Below, piece by piece: positions 8,827 through 19,743 of a DNA stretch of 64,000 nucleotides (its first letter is position 1; every line of letters starts with the position of its first letter). The notes beneath the pieces were generated by a model. That model had not been told where the DNA came from and searched no databases. It was given only the letters and a program-made list of their open reading frames with translations. This DNA is from an uncultured archaeon (GTDB taxonomy: Archaea > Thermoproteota > Nitrososphaeria > Nitrososphaerales > Gagatemarchaeaceae), in NCBI GenBank assembly GCA_963817525.1, contig CAWFOU010000001.1, positions 672,001-736,000 of the forward strand, in the 5' to 3' direction. The translations under genes and the position numbers were made by a program.

Positions 8827-10140
8827 CTACGGCTGCAGCCGCTCGGGGTCCCTGGGGAAGAGCGCGGCCTCCTTGACGTTCTCGATGCCGAGTAGGGTGG
8901 CGGTTAGCCTCTCGATGCCCATCGAGAACCCGCCGTGGGGTGGGACCCCGAACCTGAACGGCTCTGAGAACCACATCAAGCCTTCGTGGTCCAGGCCCTT
9001 CTCTGAGATCTGAGCGACAAGCCGGTCGTGCCTGTTCTCCCTCTGGCCGCCCGAGGAGAGCTCGAGCCCCCTGAACACCATGTCCACCGAGCGCGCGAAC
9101 TCTGGCTCCGAGTCGACCCGCATCACGTAGAACGGCTTGACGGAGGAGGGGAAGCGGTTGACGAAGAAGTAGTCGGAGCCGAACTCGCTCTTGACGTACT
9201 CGGTGAGGAGCTTCTCCGACTCGCGGTCGAGGTCCCTCTCCCTCGGGAGCGGGTGACCGAGCTTCTCCAGCGTGTCGTAGACCTCGGGGAAGGCGAGCTC
9301 GGGGAACGGGGTGCGCGGCTGCTCGAGCGAGACCTTGCGCAGGTCCAGCTCCTTCTGGCACTTTTCGTTGGCGCGCCTTATCCCGCTTACCAGCATGGCC
9401 TCCTCCACCCTCATGGTGTCCCTCTCGTCCCCGATGAACGAGAGCTCCGGCGCTATGGTCCTGTGCTCGCTCATGTGCCGCGGCGTGTGGGAGAGCTCGG
9501 CCCTCCAGCTTGGCCCGAGGTCATAGACATTCCCGAGCCCCCCGGCGATCGCAAGCTGGCGGTGGAGCTGCGGGTCCTGCCTCAGGAAGGCGGGCTTGCC
9601 GTAGTAGTCCGTCTTGAATACCTCGGAGCCGCCCTCGGAGACGCCCCCGAGTATGCTTGGGGTGAAGATGCGCAGGAACCCCCTCGAGCGGAGGTACGTC
9701 TCCATCCCCTCCACAAGCGCGTCCTGGACGCGGAAGATGGCCTGCACCTCCGGCCTTCTCAGGTCCAGGGTCCTCCAGTTCAGCCGGGTGTCGATGTTGG
9801 CGTCGGTAACTCCCCTCGGGTCGAGGGGGAGGGGCGTCGCCGAGGCGCTCAGGACCTCTATCTTCTCAGGGATGATCTCGAAGCCGTTCCTCGCGACCTT
9901 GGCCTCCTTGACAGTGCCCGTGACGCGGACGACGTCCTCGGGGTGGAGTGCCGCGACCTGGCGTGCGACCTCCTCGGGGACAGCCTTCTTGGGGGCGGTC
10001 ACCTGGATGATCCCCTCGCTGCTCCTGACCAGGATGAAGCTGATGCCGCCTAGGAGCCTGACGTCGTGCACCCAGCCGCTGACGACGATCTTCTCGCCCA
10101 CCTTCTTCGCTATGGCCTCCGGCGGGAGGGTCTCTTCCAA
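8827..10140 (-). CDS. aspS: Aspartyl-tRNA synthetase (archaeal, probably non-discriminating)
   Basis: OB-fold GWVH, class IIb motifs LRQDPQL, WRAE..HTPRH, GGQRE, PPHGGF.MGIERL, FPRD. Confidence 0.93.
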   Translation of the reverse strand: MEETLPPEAIAKKVGEKIVVSGWVHDVRLLGGISFILVRSSEGIIQVTAPKKAVPEEVARQVAALHPEDVVRVTGTVKEAKVARNGFEIIPEKIEVLSASATPLPLDPRGVTDANIDTRLNWRTLDLRRPEVQAIFRVQDALVEGMETYLRSRGFLRIFTPSILGGVSEGGSEVFKTDYYGKPAFLRQDPQLHRQLAIAGGLGNVYDLGPSWRAELSHTPRHMSEHRTIAPELSFIGDERDTMRVEEAMLVSGIRRANEKCQKELDLRKVSLEQPRTPFPELAFPEVYDTLEKLGHPLPRERDLDRESEKLLTEYVKSEFGSDYFFVNRFPSSVKPFYVMRVDSEPEFARSVDMVFRGLELSSGGQRENRHDRLVAQISEKGLDHEGLMWFSEPFRFGVPPHGGFSMGIERLTATLLGIENVKEAALFPRDPERLQP

Positions 10141-10238
10141 GGCGTGTCGGTCCCCCTTTCAGCGCCTTAAGAATTTCGAGGATGAGGCCAATCGGCGGGA
10201 ATTCGCCGTTGGAACCCCTCGGCATGTTTGATAGGATG

Positions 10239-12620
10239 TCACAGCGCTTTGTATTGTTCTGCCCAGTTCGAGTAGGCGCGCAGCATGTCGGGGGAGACGC
10301 TCGGCTTGCGGGACTTCATTATCTCCTTAAAGTCCGTCATCACGATGGGCCTCGGCTGGACGCTCTTGTCCAGGGCCTTGCCCGTCTCGAAGAGCTCCCG
10401 GACGACGCGGAGCTGGCCGCCCTGGCAGATGTCCCTGATGTCTGAGCCCGAGTACCCTTCGGAGATCCTCGAGAGGTCCTCGAGGCTGATGCCCTGGTCC
10501 ACGTTGATCGGCGCGGTGTAGTTCTTGAACATGGACATCCTGCCGTCGAAGTTCGGGAGGGGGATGTAAATCCTCTTCTGGAACCTGCGAAGGAAGGGCC
10601 AGTCGAGCGACCACGGCTTGTTCGTCGCCCCCACGGTGTAGAGGTGGACGTCGTTCCCCTTGTCCTGGATCCCGTCCATCTCCTTGAGGAACTGGTTCCT
10701 CACCCTGGTCTCCCCGCCGACCTCGTTCGTCCGGCTGCCCAGGATCGAGTCGAGCTCGTCGATGAAGATTATCACGGGGCTCCCCTTGTCCAGGAGCTTC
10801 CTCGCCTCCGTGAACAGCTTCGAGACGTTCTTCTCGGCCTCCCCCAGCCACTTGCTCATTATCGAGGCGGCGTCGATCGAGATGAAGTACCCGTCAATCT
10901 CCGCGGCGGTGGCGGCGGCGAGCATGGTCTTCCCGCAGTTGCCACACCATACAGCCTTTCCGTTGCGTCGCACGTACACGATGTGGTTCTGGACAGTGAC
11001 GCACCATACCGTCCCTGAGTAGTCTTCCCAGTTCTCTATGTTTGGCTTGTCGACTCTTGTTTCCCCTCTACGATAGAGAATGCTCAGCCTGTAGTTCGTT
11101 GCTGTTCGAGTTATCGTCCGTTCGTGCCCGTCATTATCGATTATCACAGCCGTGGAACCTGGTTCCACGTGTACGACGTAGTTGCACTCGAGACCTGCCT
11201 TCAGCGACATCTCCATCAGATCGTCCCTGAGTCGTGGGGAAGACGTCTGGCACCGTACCCGGGTAGAACCCACTTCGGCGTCTTCGACCTCATGCGTCCC
11301 GTCACCCCTCGCATAATATTCCAGAATGTTCCGCAGAAGGGAGGGAGGTAGATCTTTGATTTCGTCTGGGACGAATTTTGTGTACTTGTCGCCAATCGGG
11401 CGGAGGAGCTCATAAAGCTGCTTGTTTAGGACAGTTACGCGTCCGTCTGACGAGTAGTGCGGATTCAGCCCCCACCTCTTGAAGCTGTCGTACGCAAACT
11501 GGAGAAGTGTCTGGTCCAGGTTCCTGATTCCGACGTGGTAGTTCCCCTCGCTAAATGCCGTGTAACCCTCCGCCAGCCAGAGCCCAAAGAACGGGGCCCA
11601 TTCTGACATGGGAATCCTGATTTCTTGATGCATTGGCCCGCTCCCCGATAGCCGCTGAGGCAGAACGATATACTCCCTATCAACGCCGTGCCAGATTGCG
11701 TCTTTCTTGTAGTAGGGGTAGGTCGTCTTATTGTGCTGCCCATACACCTCACGCGGAAGCGCGAAGCCGTATTTCACTTTCCCTTGCTGTATCTTTTTCC
11801 CGACCCAGAGATTATGGTCAGGAGTAACCATCAGGCTAACCTGAGTCGAAGCAAGCCGATACATTTTCCCATCGTAGTGATACTGGATTTTTCTTTCGAT
11901 TGGGTGATACTCGAGCTCATTCGTATCTGGGTTGAGCGTTGCCACTACCTCGTCATCGGCTAGCTCGGTGTATTTCTTCCACCCCTTTTTGGTCAGAATC
12001 TCTGTCTGCTCGTCGTAGCATCCAGGCGGCCCATAGAGGAGGATCCCGCGGGCCCACCCGAGGGGGAACAGGTCGGGCCTCTCGAACGGGAAGACGATCG
12101 ACTCCCTTATCGCCCTCTTGGCGTCGTCGAGCCCGATCACGTCGTCCCACTTCACGTTGGGCTTTTCCCTGATGACGAGCTCGTTGAACGAGGCCTTTAG
12201 CTGCGGGACCATCTGCGGGCCCCTCCCCGCGGCGTTCGCGTTGGGCCTGTCGCCATGGCCTCCGAGCACCGTGCCGGTGGGGGACTCGGCCTCGGCGCGG
12301 GCGCTACCGTTCCCGTTGCCGTTGCCCCCGCCGGGTCCGATTATCGAGAAGTTCGAGCTCTCCTGAGGGGCGTCCTGGGGGACGAGGCCGTGCGCCTGCT
12401 GGATGGCCTTCACGCGCTCCTGGTAGATGGCGGCCTTGTCCATGTAGTGCCTGTTGAGCTTGTAGTCGGGGTAGAGCCTCACGAGCTTGATCAGCGTGGA
12501 GATTGCCTTCTGGTAGCTCTGGATGGCCATGCCGTGGGCCCCCTGGGAGTCGAGGCGTATCGCCTCGCCGGCGTATTTTCTGGCGTCTTCCTCAAGCTCT
12601 CTAGCGGCCACGACGCTCAT
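10239..12620 (-). CDS. cdvC: Vps4/CdvC AAA ATPase with N-terminal MIT domain, interrupted by an intein
   Basis: MIT helices, Walker [18 protein letters not shown] pore loop, IFIDELD, ATNKPW, RRFQKR; follows two ESCRT-III genes. Confidence 0.93.
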   Translation of the reverse strand: MSVVAARELEEDARKYAGEAIRLDSQGAHGMAIQSYQKAISTLIKLVRLYPDYKLNRHYMDKAAIYQERVKAIQQAHGLVPQDAPQESSNFSIIGPGGGNGNGNGSARAEAESPTGTVLGGHGDRPNANAAGRGPQMVPQLKASFNELVIREKPNVKWDDVIGLDDAKRAIRESIVFPFERPDLFPLGWARGILLYGPPGCYDEQTEILTKKGWKKYTELADDEVVATLNPDTNELEYHPIERKIQYHYDGKMYRLASTQVSLMVTPDHNLWVGKKIQQGKVKYGFALPREVYGQHNKTTYPYYKKDAIWHGVDREYIVLPQRLSGSGPMHQEIRIPMSEWAPFFGLWLAEGYTAFSEGNYHVGIRNLDQTLLQFAYDSFKRWGLNPHYSSDGRVTVLNKQLYELLRPIGDKYTKFVPDEIKDLPPSLLRNILEYYARGDGTHEVEDAEVGSTRVRCQTSSPRLRDDLMEMSLKAGLECNYVVHVEPGSTAVIIDNDGHERTITRTATNYRLSILYRRGETRVDKPNIENWEDYSGTVWCVTVQNHIVYVRRNGKAVWCGNCGKTMLAAATAAEIDGYFISIDAASIMSKWLGEAEKNVSKLFTEARKLLDKGSPVIIFIDELDSILGSRTNEVGGETRVRNQFLKEMDGIQDKGNDVHLYTVGATNKPWSLDWPFLRRFQKRIYIPLPNFDGRMSMFKNYTAPINVDQGISLEDLSRISEGYSGSDIRDICQGGQLRVVRELFETGKALDKSVQPRPIVMTDFKEIMKSRKPSVSPDMLRAYSNWAEQYKAL
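10938..12020 (-). mobile_element. 361-aa intein with LAGLIDADG homing endonuclease, in the CdvC Walker A
   Basis: Starts [10 protein letters not shown], block B VTPDHNL, endonuclease motifs FFGLWLAEG and YYARGDG, ends [13 protein letters not shown] followed by extein Cys; lower GC. Confidence 0.93.
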
Positions 12621-13540
12621 CTCGACTCACCACTCCTACCTGGCCCCGGTTTAACTTTACCCTGCGCGACCAAGTGTATCATGGACTGCTCGACCTGGTC
12701 CTGGGGGATCCCGAGCTGCTGGGCGGTCCTCGTGACGTCCATCACGCCCTCGTGGGACGCCGCGTACCTGAGCACCTCATAGTCGATCTTCTCGTCGCTG
12801 GGCGAGGAATATATCGTCCCCAGCACCGAGTTCTCCTCCGCCTCGTCGCCCGTCGCCAGGAGGGGGGTATGGTCTTCGGCGCCCCGGAGGACCTCCTCCT
12901 CGAACTTGCCCGGCATCACGTTGAGGCTGTCCCTCATGCGGGCGGACTCTTGCTCCGCGAACTTCCTCGCCTGCTCCACGAGCTCCTCCGAGTTCTCCGT
13001 CCTTATGTCGATGTTGATGTTAGGGGAGATCTGCCCCATCTGCGCCATGGTCTCCACGAGCGTGCTGTTGATTCCGGTCGAGGCCGCGTCGAGGGCGGGG
13101 ATGACGCCCTGCATCTCCTTGCTGACCAGCTTCAGCGACCTGAACGCCGTGTCCATGTGGAACATCGCGTCCCCGATCTCGGTGATGCTCTGCAGTCGAA
13201 GCGTTACCTGAGTGAGAGCGAGCTCGCTCGCCTCTACGACCCTGGAGACCTTGCGCACCTCCGCGTGCTCGGTTGCATAGACCGCCGCCCTCGCCTGGTT
13301 CCTCTCCTTGAGTGCCTGGACCGTCGTCTCGAAGAGCTTCTGCCTCCTCTGGGCCAGGCGCGCCTTTAGCGCGTCGAGCTCTTTGCGCTGCGCCTCGATG
13401 TCGCGGAGCGCGACGGCGATCCTCCCCTTGTAGTCGCCGCCCTTCCCCCGCCTGAATATCCGCAGGGACTCGGAGGCCATCACCAGGTGGGCACCGCCCG
13501 GTCCATTGCCCCCGCTAACAAAGGCGCTAGCATGCTCCAT
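12617..13540 (-). CDS. cdvB: ESCRT-III/Snf7 protein CdvB with C-terminal winged-helix extension
   Basis: Snf7 core ([13 protein letters not shown]...[16 protein letters not shown]), C-terminal wH-like ([24 protein letters not shown]); overlaps cdvC start. Confidence 0.85.
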   Translation of the reverse strand: MEHASAFVSGGNGPGGAHLVMASESLRIFRRGKGGDYKGRIAVALRDIEAQRKELDALKARLAQRRQKLFETTVQALKERNQARAAVYATEHAEVRKVSRVVEASELALTQVTLRLQSITEIGDAMFHMDTAFRSLKLVSKEMQGVIPALDAASTGINSTLVETMAQMGQISPNINIDIRTENSEELVEQARKFAEQESARMRDSLNVMPGKFEEEVLRGAEDHTPLLATGDEAEENSVLGTIYSSPSDEKIDYEVLRYAASHEGVMDVTRTAQQLGIPQDQVEQSMIHLVAQGKVKPGPGRSGESR

Positions 13541-13675
13541 GCTCGCGAGCGGGATGCGAAGTAATCATGCCTTTGGTCAACAAAAGGAAACAAACCGCTG
13601 AACAAGCGGCGAATCTTCTCTCTGGTTGTCGTCAATTGGTCGGGCCACTTCTAGAGTTTCGAGCTGAGGTCCACC

Positions 13676-13726
13676 AAAAAAGAGGAGATGAGGGGATGCG
13701 CCCGCTTGCGCGGGTGGGCACCCCTC
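13676..13726 (-). terminator. GC hairpin followed by a U-run downstream of the CdvB paralogue
   Basis: GAGGGG-atgcgcccgc-ttgc-gcgggtgggca-CCCCTC stem, then TTTTTT on the minus strand. Confidence 0.45.
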
Positions 13727-13748
13727 TCGGTTTCCATTCCTGAGTCCT

Positions 13749-14396
13749 TTACGATGTGCTTTCCGTCGAGCCTTCCATCGAGGGGAGCCCAGAGGGAATC
13801 TCTGGGAACTTCTCCTTCATCCTGCTTTCGGCGACCGCTGCGGCCTCTGCAAGGACCTTCTCGGCGTCCTCGTTGGCAGCCTCGAAGTTCAGCGAGTACC
13901 CGCCCACCGTGCCCGCATCCACCAGGATGCTGCTCAGCAGGCCTGATATCTCTCCGATCTCGCCTTCTGCCTCCGGAAGGACGCTTACGAGCCCTTGCCT
14001 GACGCTGCGAATCACTGACATTGCAGGGGTGAGGGTCACCACGATGTCGCCTAGCTCGGTCACGGTGTTGAGCCTCAGGGTTATCTGCTCGAGAGCCAGT
14101 TTGGCCTGTGTGACCATCCTGTTCATCTTCCTGATCTCTGCGAGTTCGTTCGCATAGACCGAAGCATGCTGCGAGTCATGCTTCTGGATGGATGACACGA
14201 TCTTGTTGAAGATCGAGGCGTCTCTTTCCCTGAGCTTTGCTGACGTTGCATCGAGTTTCGCGACTTGCACCTGAATCTGCCGTACTGCCAGGTCTAGCCT
14301 CGGCTTGAGGGGACCAGGGTTCCGAACAGAATCACGTACTCGTGACGTGACTCCGGCATTGTTTGACTTCTCCCACTTGCTTGCGAATTGGGACAT
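13749..14396 (-). CDS. ESCRT-III/Snf7 paralogue (CdvB1/B2-like)
   Basis: ASVYANELAEIRKM...LEQITLRLNTVTELGD; EDAEKVLAEAAAVAE..MKEKFP. Confidence 0.9.
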   Translation of the reverse strand: MSQFASKWEKSNNAGVTSRVRDSVRNPGPLKPRLDLAVRQIQVQVAKLDATSAKLRERDASIFNKIVSSIQKHDSQHASVYANELAEIRKMNRMVTQAKLALEQITLRLNTVTELGDIVVTLTPAMSVIRSVRQGLVSVLPEAEGEIGEISGLLSSILVDAGTVGGYSLNFEAANEDAEKVLAEAAAVAESRMKEKFPEIPSGLPSMEGSTESTS

Positions 14397-14503
14397 ATTG
14401 ACTCGCTGGTTAGAGGTTGATGACCAGTCTTCTTATGCCGGATGTCACCGAGAAAGTTGTCACCGCGGTGAATAGCATGTCAGTTAATCAGAGAGCCAGG
14501 GGC

Positions 14504-15712
14504 ATGAGCCTCGCGGACGACTCAAGCGAGCTCGTGGCGGGGCTGCAGGGGTTCGGGCTGACGGAGTACGAGTCAAGGGTCTACTACGCGCTCCTCTCCA
14601 ACGGAGCTTGCACGGTCAACCAGATCCAGTACGCATCGGGCGTCCCGAGGACGAAGGTCTATCAGGTCTCCCAGCAGCTCACGCGCAAGGGCCTGCTCAG
14701 GGAGGTCGAGGGCGGGAAGCCCTCGAAGTTCGAGGCCCAGCACCCGGAGGTCCTCCAGTCCATCCTCGTCGAGAAGGAGCGCAAGGTCAGGTCCCTGAGG
14801 AAGTCGATGTCCGCCCTCAGGAAGGTGAGGGAGAAGAACGTCAACCCGGGCGACGTGACCGAGGAGAGGTACCTCTCCCTGGGCTCGCAGAGCCTCCTCA
14901 TGAAGCTCAAGGAGTCGATACTCAAGGCGGAGAAGGAGGTGAAGTGCATCGTGGACAACTGGGGGCTCCACCTCATCCAGGAGTGCATGGAGGAGGTCGA
15001 GAGCGCGTGCAGGCACGACGCGGAGGTGAGGATCGTCTCCTCGCTCACCGAGACCGTCCCCGAGTTCCCGTTCGCGTCCCCGAAGCTCAGGCTGAGGTTC
15101 GGGAGGCACTTCGTCGCGAAGAGCATCTTCGTCATCGACAACTCGGAGCTGATCATCGTGAACAGCCAGACGGGGAGGGGGTACCAGATACTCCTGAGCG
15201 AGCTGAGGAGCGCCATCGGGGAGGAGTTCTTCGAGGGCATCTGGAAGAGCTCTACCAGCAGCAGGGCGGTCTCTTCGCTCCAGCTCGTCGACGGGATCCC
15301 GTTCTTCGTCGACCCCCTGCTCGTGAAGGACCTCTTCATCGAGGCGGTCGCGCGCTCGCTGAAAGACGAGACGACGATAGAGAGCGTGGGAGAGGCCCTC
15401 GTCAGCCTCCTGGAGATGAGGGTCTCGTCGAAGCTGACGCGGCAGCCCCTCGACACCACGGTCAAGTACATGCTGGCCATGATGAGGGAGGAGCTGGGGG
15501 AGGAGGTCACCTCGACCGAGTACGACCCCCTCACCAAGATAGCGAGGATAGAGATGCCGGACAGCCAGGGCGCCGTCCCCGCCTCGGCGTGGTACTTCGC
15601 TCTCACGGGGATGCTCAAGAGGTCAGGGACGGCCAACGAGCTCCTCCAAGTCGCGGCGTTCCCTGAGACGAGGAGCCGCATAGTCCAGAGGCGGTTCGCC
15701 GGCGCGCGGTGA
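14504..15712 (+). CDS. TrmB-family transcriptional regulator
   Basis: GLTEYESRVYYALL...SGVPRTKVY HTH; effector-domain KSIFVID; start uncertain (14417-14504). Confidence 0.85.
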   Translation: MSLADDSSELVAGLQGFGLTEYESRVYYALLSNGACTVNQIQYASGVPRTKVYQVSQQLTRKGLLREVEGGKPSKFEAQHPEVLQSILVEKERKVRSLRKSMSALRKVREKNVNPGDVTEERYLSLGSQSLLMKLKESILKAEKEVKCIVDNWGLHLIQECMEEVESACRHDAEVRIVSSLTETVPEFPFASPKLRLRFGRHFVAKSIFVIDNSELIIVNSQTGRGYQILLSELRSAIGEEFFEGIWKSSTSSRAVSSLQLVDGIPFFVDPLLVKDLFIEAVARSLKDETTIESVGEALVSLLEMRVSSKLTRQPLDTTVKYMLAMMREELGEEVTSTEYDPLTKIARIEMPDSQGAVPASAWYFALTGMLKRSGTANELLQVAAFPETRSRIVQRRFAGAR

Positions 15713-15765
15713 CTTCGGGCAAGAGAACTCTTAGATAGGGAAGAGCGGCAAAGCCGCCGAGCAAA

Positions 15766-16473
15766 GTGACGAGCAGGGACACCGTGCGCGTCGCGTTCAT
15801 CTCTGACGTCCACTCGAACCTCGAGGCTCTCGAGGCCGTCCTCGACGACGTCGGGAATCTCAAGGTCTTCTGCGCAGGGGACATCGTGGGGTACGGGGCA
15901 TCCCCCAACGAGGTCGTGCGCATCCTGCGGGGCGTCGGCGCCACATGTGTGCTGGGCAACCATGACCGCGCCGCTCTCGATGGGGACGCCGGAGAATTCA
16001 ACCCCAGGGCGGCGGTAGCGGCGATGTGGACCTCGCGGCAGCTCACCGACGAGAGCAGGGAGTTCCTCGGCGCGCTCCCCACCCGTGTCACCACGCTGGT
16101 CGGGGGGAAGACGGTCTACATGACCCACGGCTCGCCCGACGACCCGATGTGGGAGTACGTCCGCCCGTCGACCCACTCTGATCTGTTCGACTACTACCTC
16201 GAGAAGGTCCACGCCGACGTGATGGCGCTCGGACACACCCACCTCGCGTTCCAATGGAGGAGCGAGTCGGGCGGGGTGGTGTTCAACCCGGGCTCGGTGG
16301 GACAGCCCCGCAACGGGGACAGGAGGGCGGCCTTCGCGATCCTGAGCGTCGAAGGAGAGGATGTGTTGGTCGAGCCCAGGCTAGTAGAGTACGATGTCGA
16401 GAGGGCCGCGAAGAAGATAATAGAGTCAGGCCTTCCGTCGTCGCTTGCGACCCAGCTTTCCTCCGGCGAGTAG
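15766..16473 (+). CDS. Calcineurin-like metallophosphoesterase (YfcE/MJ0936-like)
   Basis: SDVHSN, GDIVG, GNHD, HGSP, GHTH, NPGSVGQPR. Confidence 0.92.
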   Translation: MTSRDTVRVAFISDVHSNLEALEAVLDDVGNLKVFCAGDIVGYGASPNEVVRILRGVGATCVLGNHDRAALDGDAGEFNPRAAVAAMWTSRQLTDESREFLGALPTRVTTLVGGKTVYMTHGSPDDPMWEYVRPSTHSDLFDYYLEKVHADVMALGHTHLAFQWRSESGGVVFNPGSVGQPRNGDRRAAFAILSVEGEDVLVEPRLVEYDVERAAKKIIESGLPSSLATQLSSGE

Positions 16474-19400
16474 GCCGCGGGACACGTCGATGTAGATCGG
16501 GTTCCCGTCGAGCTCGTCCTCCTCCCACTCGCCGTCGGCGGTCTTGTCGGGGAGGACCTCGACCTCCTTCACGCGGACGAGGAAGGCGAGGTGCTTCCTC
16601 AGCGGAGCCAGCATCGACACGGTCTCGCCGTCCAGGCCCGCCACCCGCGCCATTGCGAGGACGGCCGCGGGCGGGTAGCCCCGCTTCTTCCTTAGGGCCT
16701 GGAGCCTCCTCGCGACGTCCCTCTCCACCCCCTCGGCCATCAGCTTGTCGTCCCTGACCTTCTCGATCGCGACGATGGTCTCCCCCCTCGCTGCGGCCTC
16801 CCAGTCCCCGGTCCCCCGGAAGTTGAACTCCATCGCTGAGACCGGGACATCGACCTTGTCCCCCTTCGAGGTGGTGAGCTTGATGGGAGAGCCGCTGCGG
16901 TAGGTCTCCCACGCCGCGTCCCCCTCGAGCACCTTGAGGCTCGTGAGGACGTCGTTGGTCTTCTCCTTGAAGTGGGCGCCGATCTTCGACCTGTTCGGGG
17001 TGAGCGTCACCGAGACCGGGAGCGTGGACACCTTCGTCGCGAACGAGACCTTCTTCACGTTGCAAAGGAGTGAGATGAGCTTCTGGGCCCGCTTCATCTT
17101 CGCCGCCTTCTCCGGGGGGACATAGACCGCCATGCTCCGGAGCGGCCACCGCCTCTTCAGCTTGGCCTTCTCCCTCGCGGAGTTGCAGGCGCCCTCCACC
17201 ATCAGCGCGAACTCCACTGCCTCGCTCTCGGCCTTCGCCGACTTTTTGAGCGCGAGCTTGGGCATGTCCTGGAGCAGGAGGGGCTGCTCCCATGGGCCTG
17301 CCGCGAGCACCTCCTGGTGGAGGTACTCTGTGAGGTAGGGAGAGACCGGGTGGAGGAGCATGTCCAGCGTGGAAAGGGAGTGGCCGAGGACGGCGAATAT
17401 CGCGAGCCTCCTCTCCTTCTCCTTGGGGGTGTCGTTCCAGAGCTCGTTCCTCACCATCCGCACGTATCCCTGGCTCAGGACCTCGACTATCTGGTGCTCG
17501 AGCTCCCTGCACGCCTCGTTGTACCTCCCCGTCCCGTACGCCTTCCGGACGGAGTCGACGGCCTGCTGGAGGTTGTAGAGCATCCAGAGGTCCACCTGCG
17601 CGAGGAGCTTCCTGGACGCGGCACGCTTCACGGTGTGCTTGACCGGGTCGAACCCGTCCTGTTCCCCGTTCTGCTTGAGGTAGACGTGCAGGTGGTAGAG
17701 GGTGTTCAGGACCTGGTAGGGCCTCCCCGTCATCTCCTTCAAGTCCATGCTGAGCGCGTCGATCGGCGAGCTCTTCCACATGAGGTAGTACCTGAGGAGG
17801 TCTACGGAGCTCCCGTTGAGTATCTCGAGCGCGTCGAGCACGTTCCCCAGGCTCTTGCTCATCTTGCGCCCCTTCTCGTCGAGGACGTGGCCCTGGAAGA
17901 GGAACGCCTTGTAGGGGGCGACGGGCTTCCCCTGGTAGACGACGTTCAGGACCAGGAGGGTGTAGGCCCAGCCCCGGGTCTGGTCGATCCCCTCGGTCAG
18001 GTGCTGGACGGGGACGAGGGCGTTCCTCTCCGCGTCGGTGAAGGCTGCCAGCGGGGCGGATCCGCTGTTGTGCCAGGTGTCCAGCACGAAGGGCTCCCTC
18101 CTACAGTCCCCGCCGCACTTCGGGCACCTTAGGACTACCCTGTCTATCCACGGTCTGTGAAGCTCGAAATCCTTCCCGTCGGGGAGCTCCTTCGCCTTTT
18201 CCACGATGCTCCGGCGGGAGAAAGCCGGGACCTTCTCCTTGCAGTCGGCGCAGACCCAGATAGGAAGGGGCGTCCCCCAGACCCTCTCCCTCGAGATGCA
18301 CCAGGGGGGCGACTGCTTGAGGAACTCGAGGAACCTGTTCCTAGGCTGTTCGAAGTAGTACTCCACCTTCTCGGCTGCCTCCACGAGCCTGTCCTTCACC
18401 CGGTCGATCCAATAGAAGTATTCGCGCCGTGCCACCCAGACCAGGCGGTGGCCCGAGCGCCAGCAGGTCGGGTATTCGTGCTCGATCCTCCCCTCGTTCA
18501 CGAGGTTGCCCGTCTCGGTGAGGAGCTTCGAGACGAGGCTGTCCGCGTCCCGGACGAAGAGGCCCACGAACCTCCCCGAGTCCTCCGTGAAGCGCACCCT
18601 GTCGTCGATCGGCGCGAAGACTGGCACCTTCCTCCTCGTCGCCACCTGGAAGTCCTCCTCTCCGTTCGCCGGCGATAGGTGGACCAGGCCCGTCCCGGTC
18701 CCCGTGTCCACGAAGTCCTCGGCGACGACTTTGTGGATGCTCCCCTGGGCCTGGAGCCTCTCGAGGCCGGGTATCATCTTGAGGAGGGGGTGCTCGTAGG
18801 TTAGGCCATCGAGGTCCCTCCCCTTGACCACCTTGGTCGTCTCTCCGAACTCCAGGCCGAGCTCCTTGGCCAGGGCGAACTTCCTTTCCTCCCCGACGAC
18901 CCACGTCTCTCCCCCGACCTTCACGTAGGCGTAGCTGGCGTCAGGCTTGACCCCCACGAGCTCGTCGGTCACGACGGTGAAGGGCATAGTGGTCCATATC
19001 ACGAGGAAGCTGCCATCCGAGGCCTTGACCTTGTAGTATAGGCTGGGGTCTTCGAGGGTCTCGTAGCCGAGGACAGCCTCGGCGTGGCTCAGCGAGGTCA
19101 TGCAGCTAGGGCAGTAGGGCACCACCTTGTACCCCTCGCCCAGTATCCCCTTCTCCCAGGCCCGCTCGAGGAACTTCCACTCGCGCTCGATGTAGCCGTC
19201 TCGGTAGGTCATGTAGGCCCTGGAGTGGTCGAGGAGGAGGCCCAGGAGGTCGTCGGACTCCTCCCAGGACTGGAGGTACTTGCTAAGGAGGCGCTTGCAC
19301 GCCTCGACCAGCTTCTCCTCGCCGATCTGCTTGAGGTCCTCCCACTTGTTGCCCGAGAGCCCCAGCTCCTTCTCGGCCTGAAGCTCGACCGGTAGTCCCT

Positions 19401-19701
19401 GGCAGTCCCAGCCCGCCCGGAAGACCACGTTCTCCTTGAGGAGGAGGGTGCTGTATCGATACCAGAGGTCCTTCATTATCCTGCCGCGTATGTGCCCGAT
19501 GTGGGGGACGCCGTTGAGGGTGGGCGGGCCTTCCACATACCCGACCGCCTTGGTCTTGCCCATCGACTTTGAGACCAGGTTGGGGAGGTCGGCCTTCTTC
19601 GTGAATCGCCTGACCCTTGGCTCTACCACCTTCCAGTCGTAGACGGTGGAAAACTGTTGATCGCTAGGCGTTGGCTCACTGGGCACGGATTTGATATTCA
19701 C
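16426..19701 (-). CDS. ileS: Isoleucyl-tRNA synthetase
   Basis: GPP...HIGH, WTTMP, GTGLVH, WCISRER.WGTP, DQTRGW, KMSKS. Confidence 0.95.
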   Translation of the reverse strand: MNIKSVPSEPTPSDQQFSTVYDWKVVEPRVRRFTKKADLPNLVSKSMGKTKAVGYVEGPPTLNGVPHIGHIRGRIMKDLWYRYSTLLLKENVVFRAGWDCQGLPVELQAEKELGLSGNKWEDLKQIGEEKLVEACKRLLSKYLQSWEESDDLLGLLLDHSRAYMTYRDGYIEREWKFLERAWEKGILGEGYKVVPYCPSCMTSLSHAEAVLGYETLEDPSLYYKVKASDGSFLVIWTTMPFTVVTDELVGVKPDASYAYVKVGGETWVVGEERKFALAKELGLEFGETTKVVKGRDLDGLTYEHPLLKMIPGLERLQAQGSIHKVVAEDFVDTGTGTGLVHLSPANGEEDFQVATRRKVPVFAPIDDRVRFTEDSGRFVGLFVRDADSLVSKLLTETGNLVNEGRIEHEYPTCWRSGHRLVWVARREYFYWIDRVKDRLVEAAEKVEYYFEQPRNRFLEFLKQSPPWCISRERVWGTPLPIWVCADCKEKVPAFSRRSIVEKAKELPDGKDFELHRPWIDRVVLRCPKCGGDCRREPFVLDTWHNSGSAPLAAFTDAERNALVPVQHLTEGIDQTRGWAYTLLVLNVVYQGKPVAPYKAFLFQGHVLDEKGRKMSKSLGNVLDALEILNGSSVDLLRYYLMWKSSPIDALSMDLKEMTGRPYQVLNTLYHLHVYLKQNGEQDGFDPVKHTVKRAASRKLLAQVDLWMLYNLQQAVDSVRKAYGTGRYNEACRELEHQIVEVLSQGYVRMVRNELWNDTPKEKERRLAIFAVLGHSLSTLDMLLHPVSPYLTEYLHQEVLAAGPWEQPLLLQDMPKLALKKSAKAESEAVEFALMVEGACNSAREKAKLKRRWPLRSMAVYVPPEKAAKMKRAQKLISLLCNVKKVSFATKVSTLPVSVTLTPNRSKIGAHFKEKTNDVLTSLKVLEGDAAWETYRSGSPIKLTTSKGDKVDVPVSAMEFNFRGTGDWEAAARGETIVAIEKVRDDKLMAEGVERDVARRLQALRKKRGYPPAAVLAMARVAGLDGETVSMLAPLRKHLAFLVRVKEVEVLPDKTADGEWEEDELDGNPIYIDVSRGLLAGGKLGRKRRRKA

Positions 19702-19743
19702 TCATGCGCTTGCCGCACTTGCCACGGACGAAATCGATTTTAA

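Noticed and set aside
14662-17779. Long alternative-frame or antisense ORFs (e.g. 14662-16254, 16283-17779; also 30925-32811)
   Set aside because: Shadow ORFs of high-GC coding regions; they overlap genes with clear motifs and have R/G/P-biased composition
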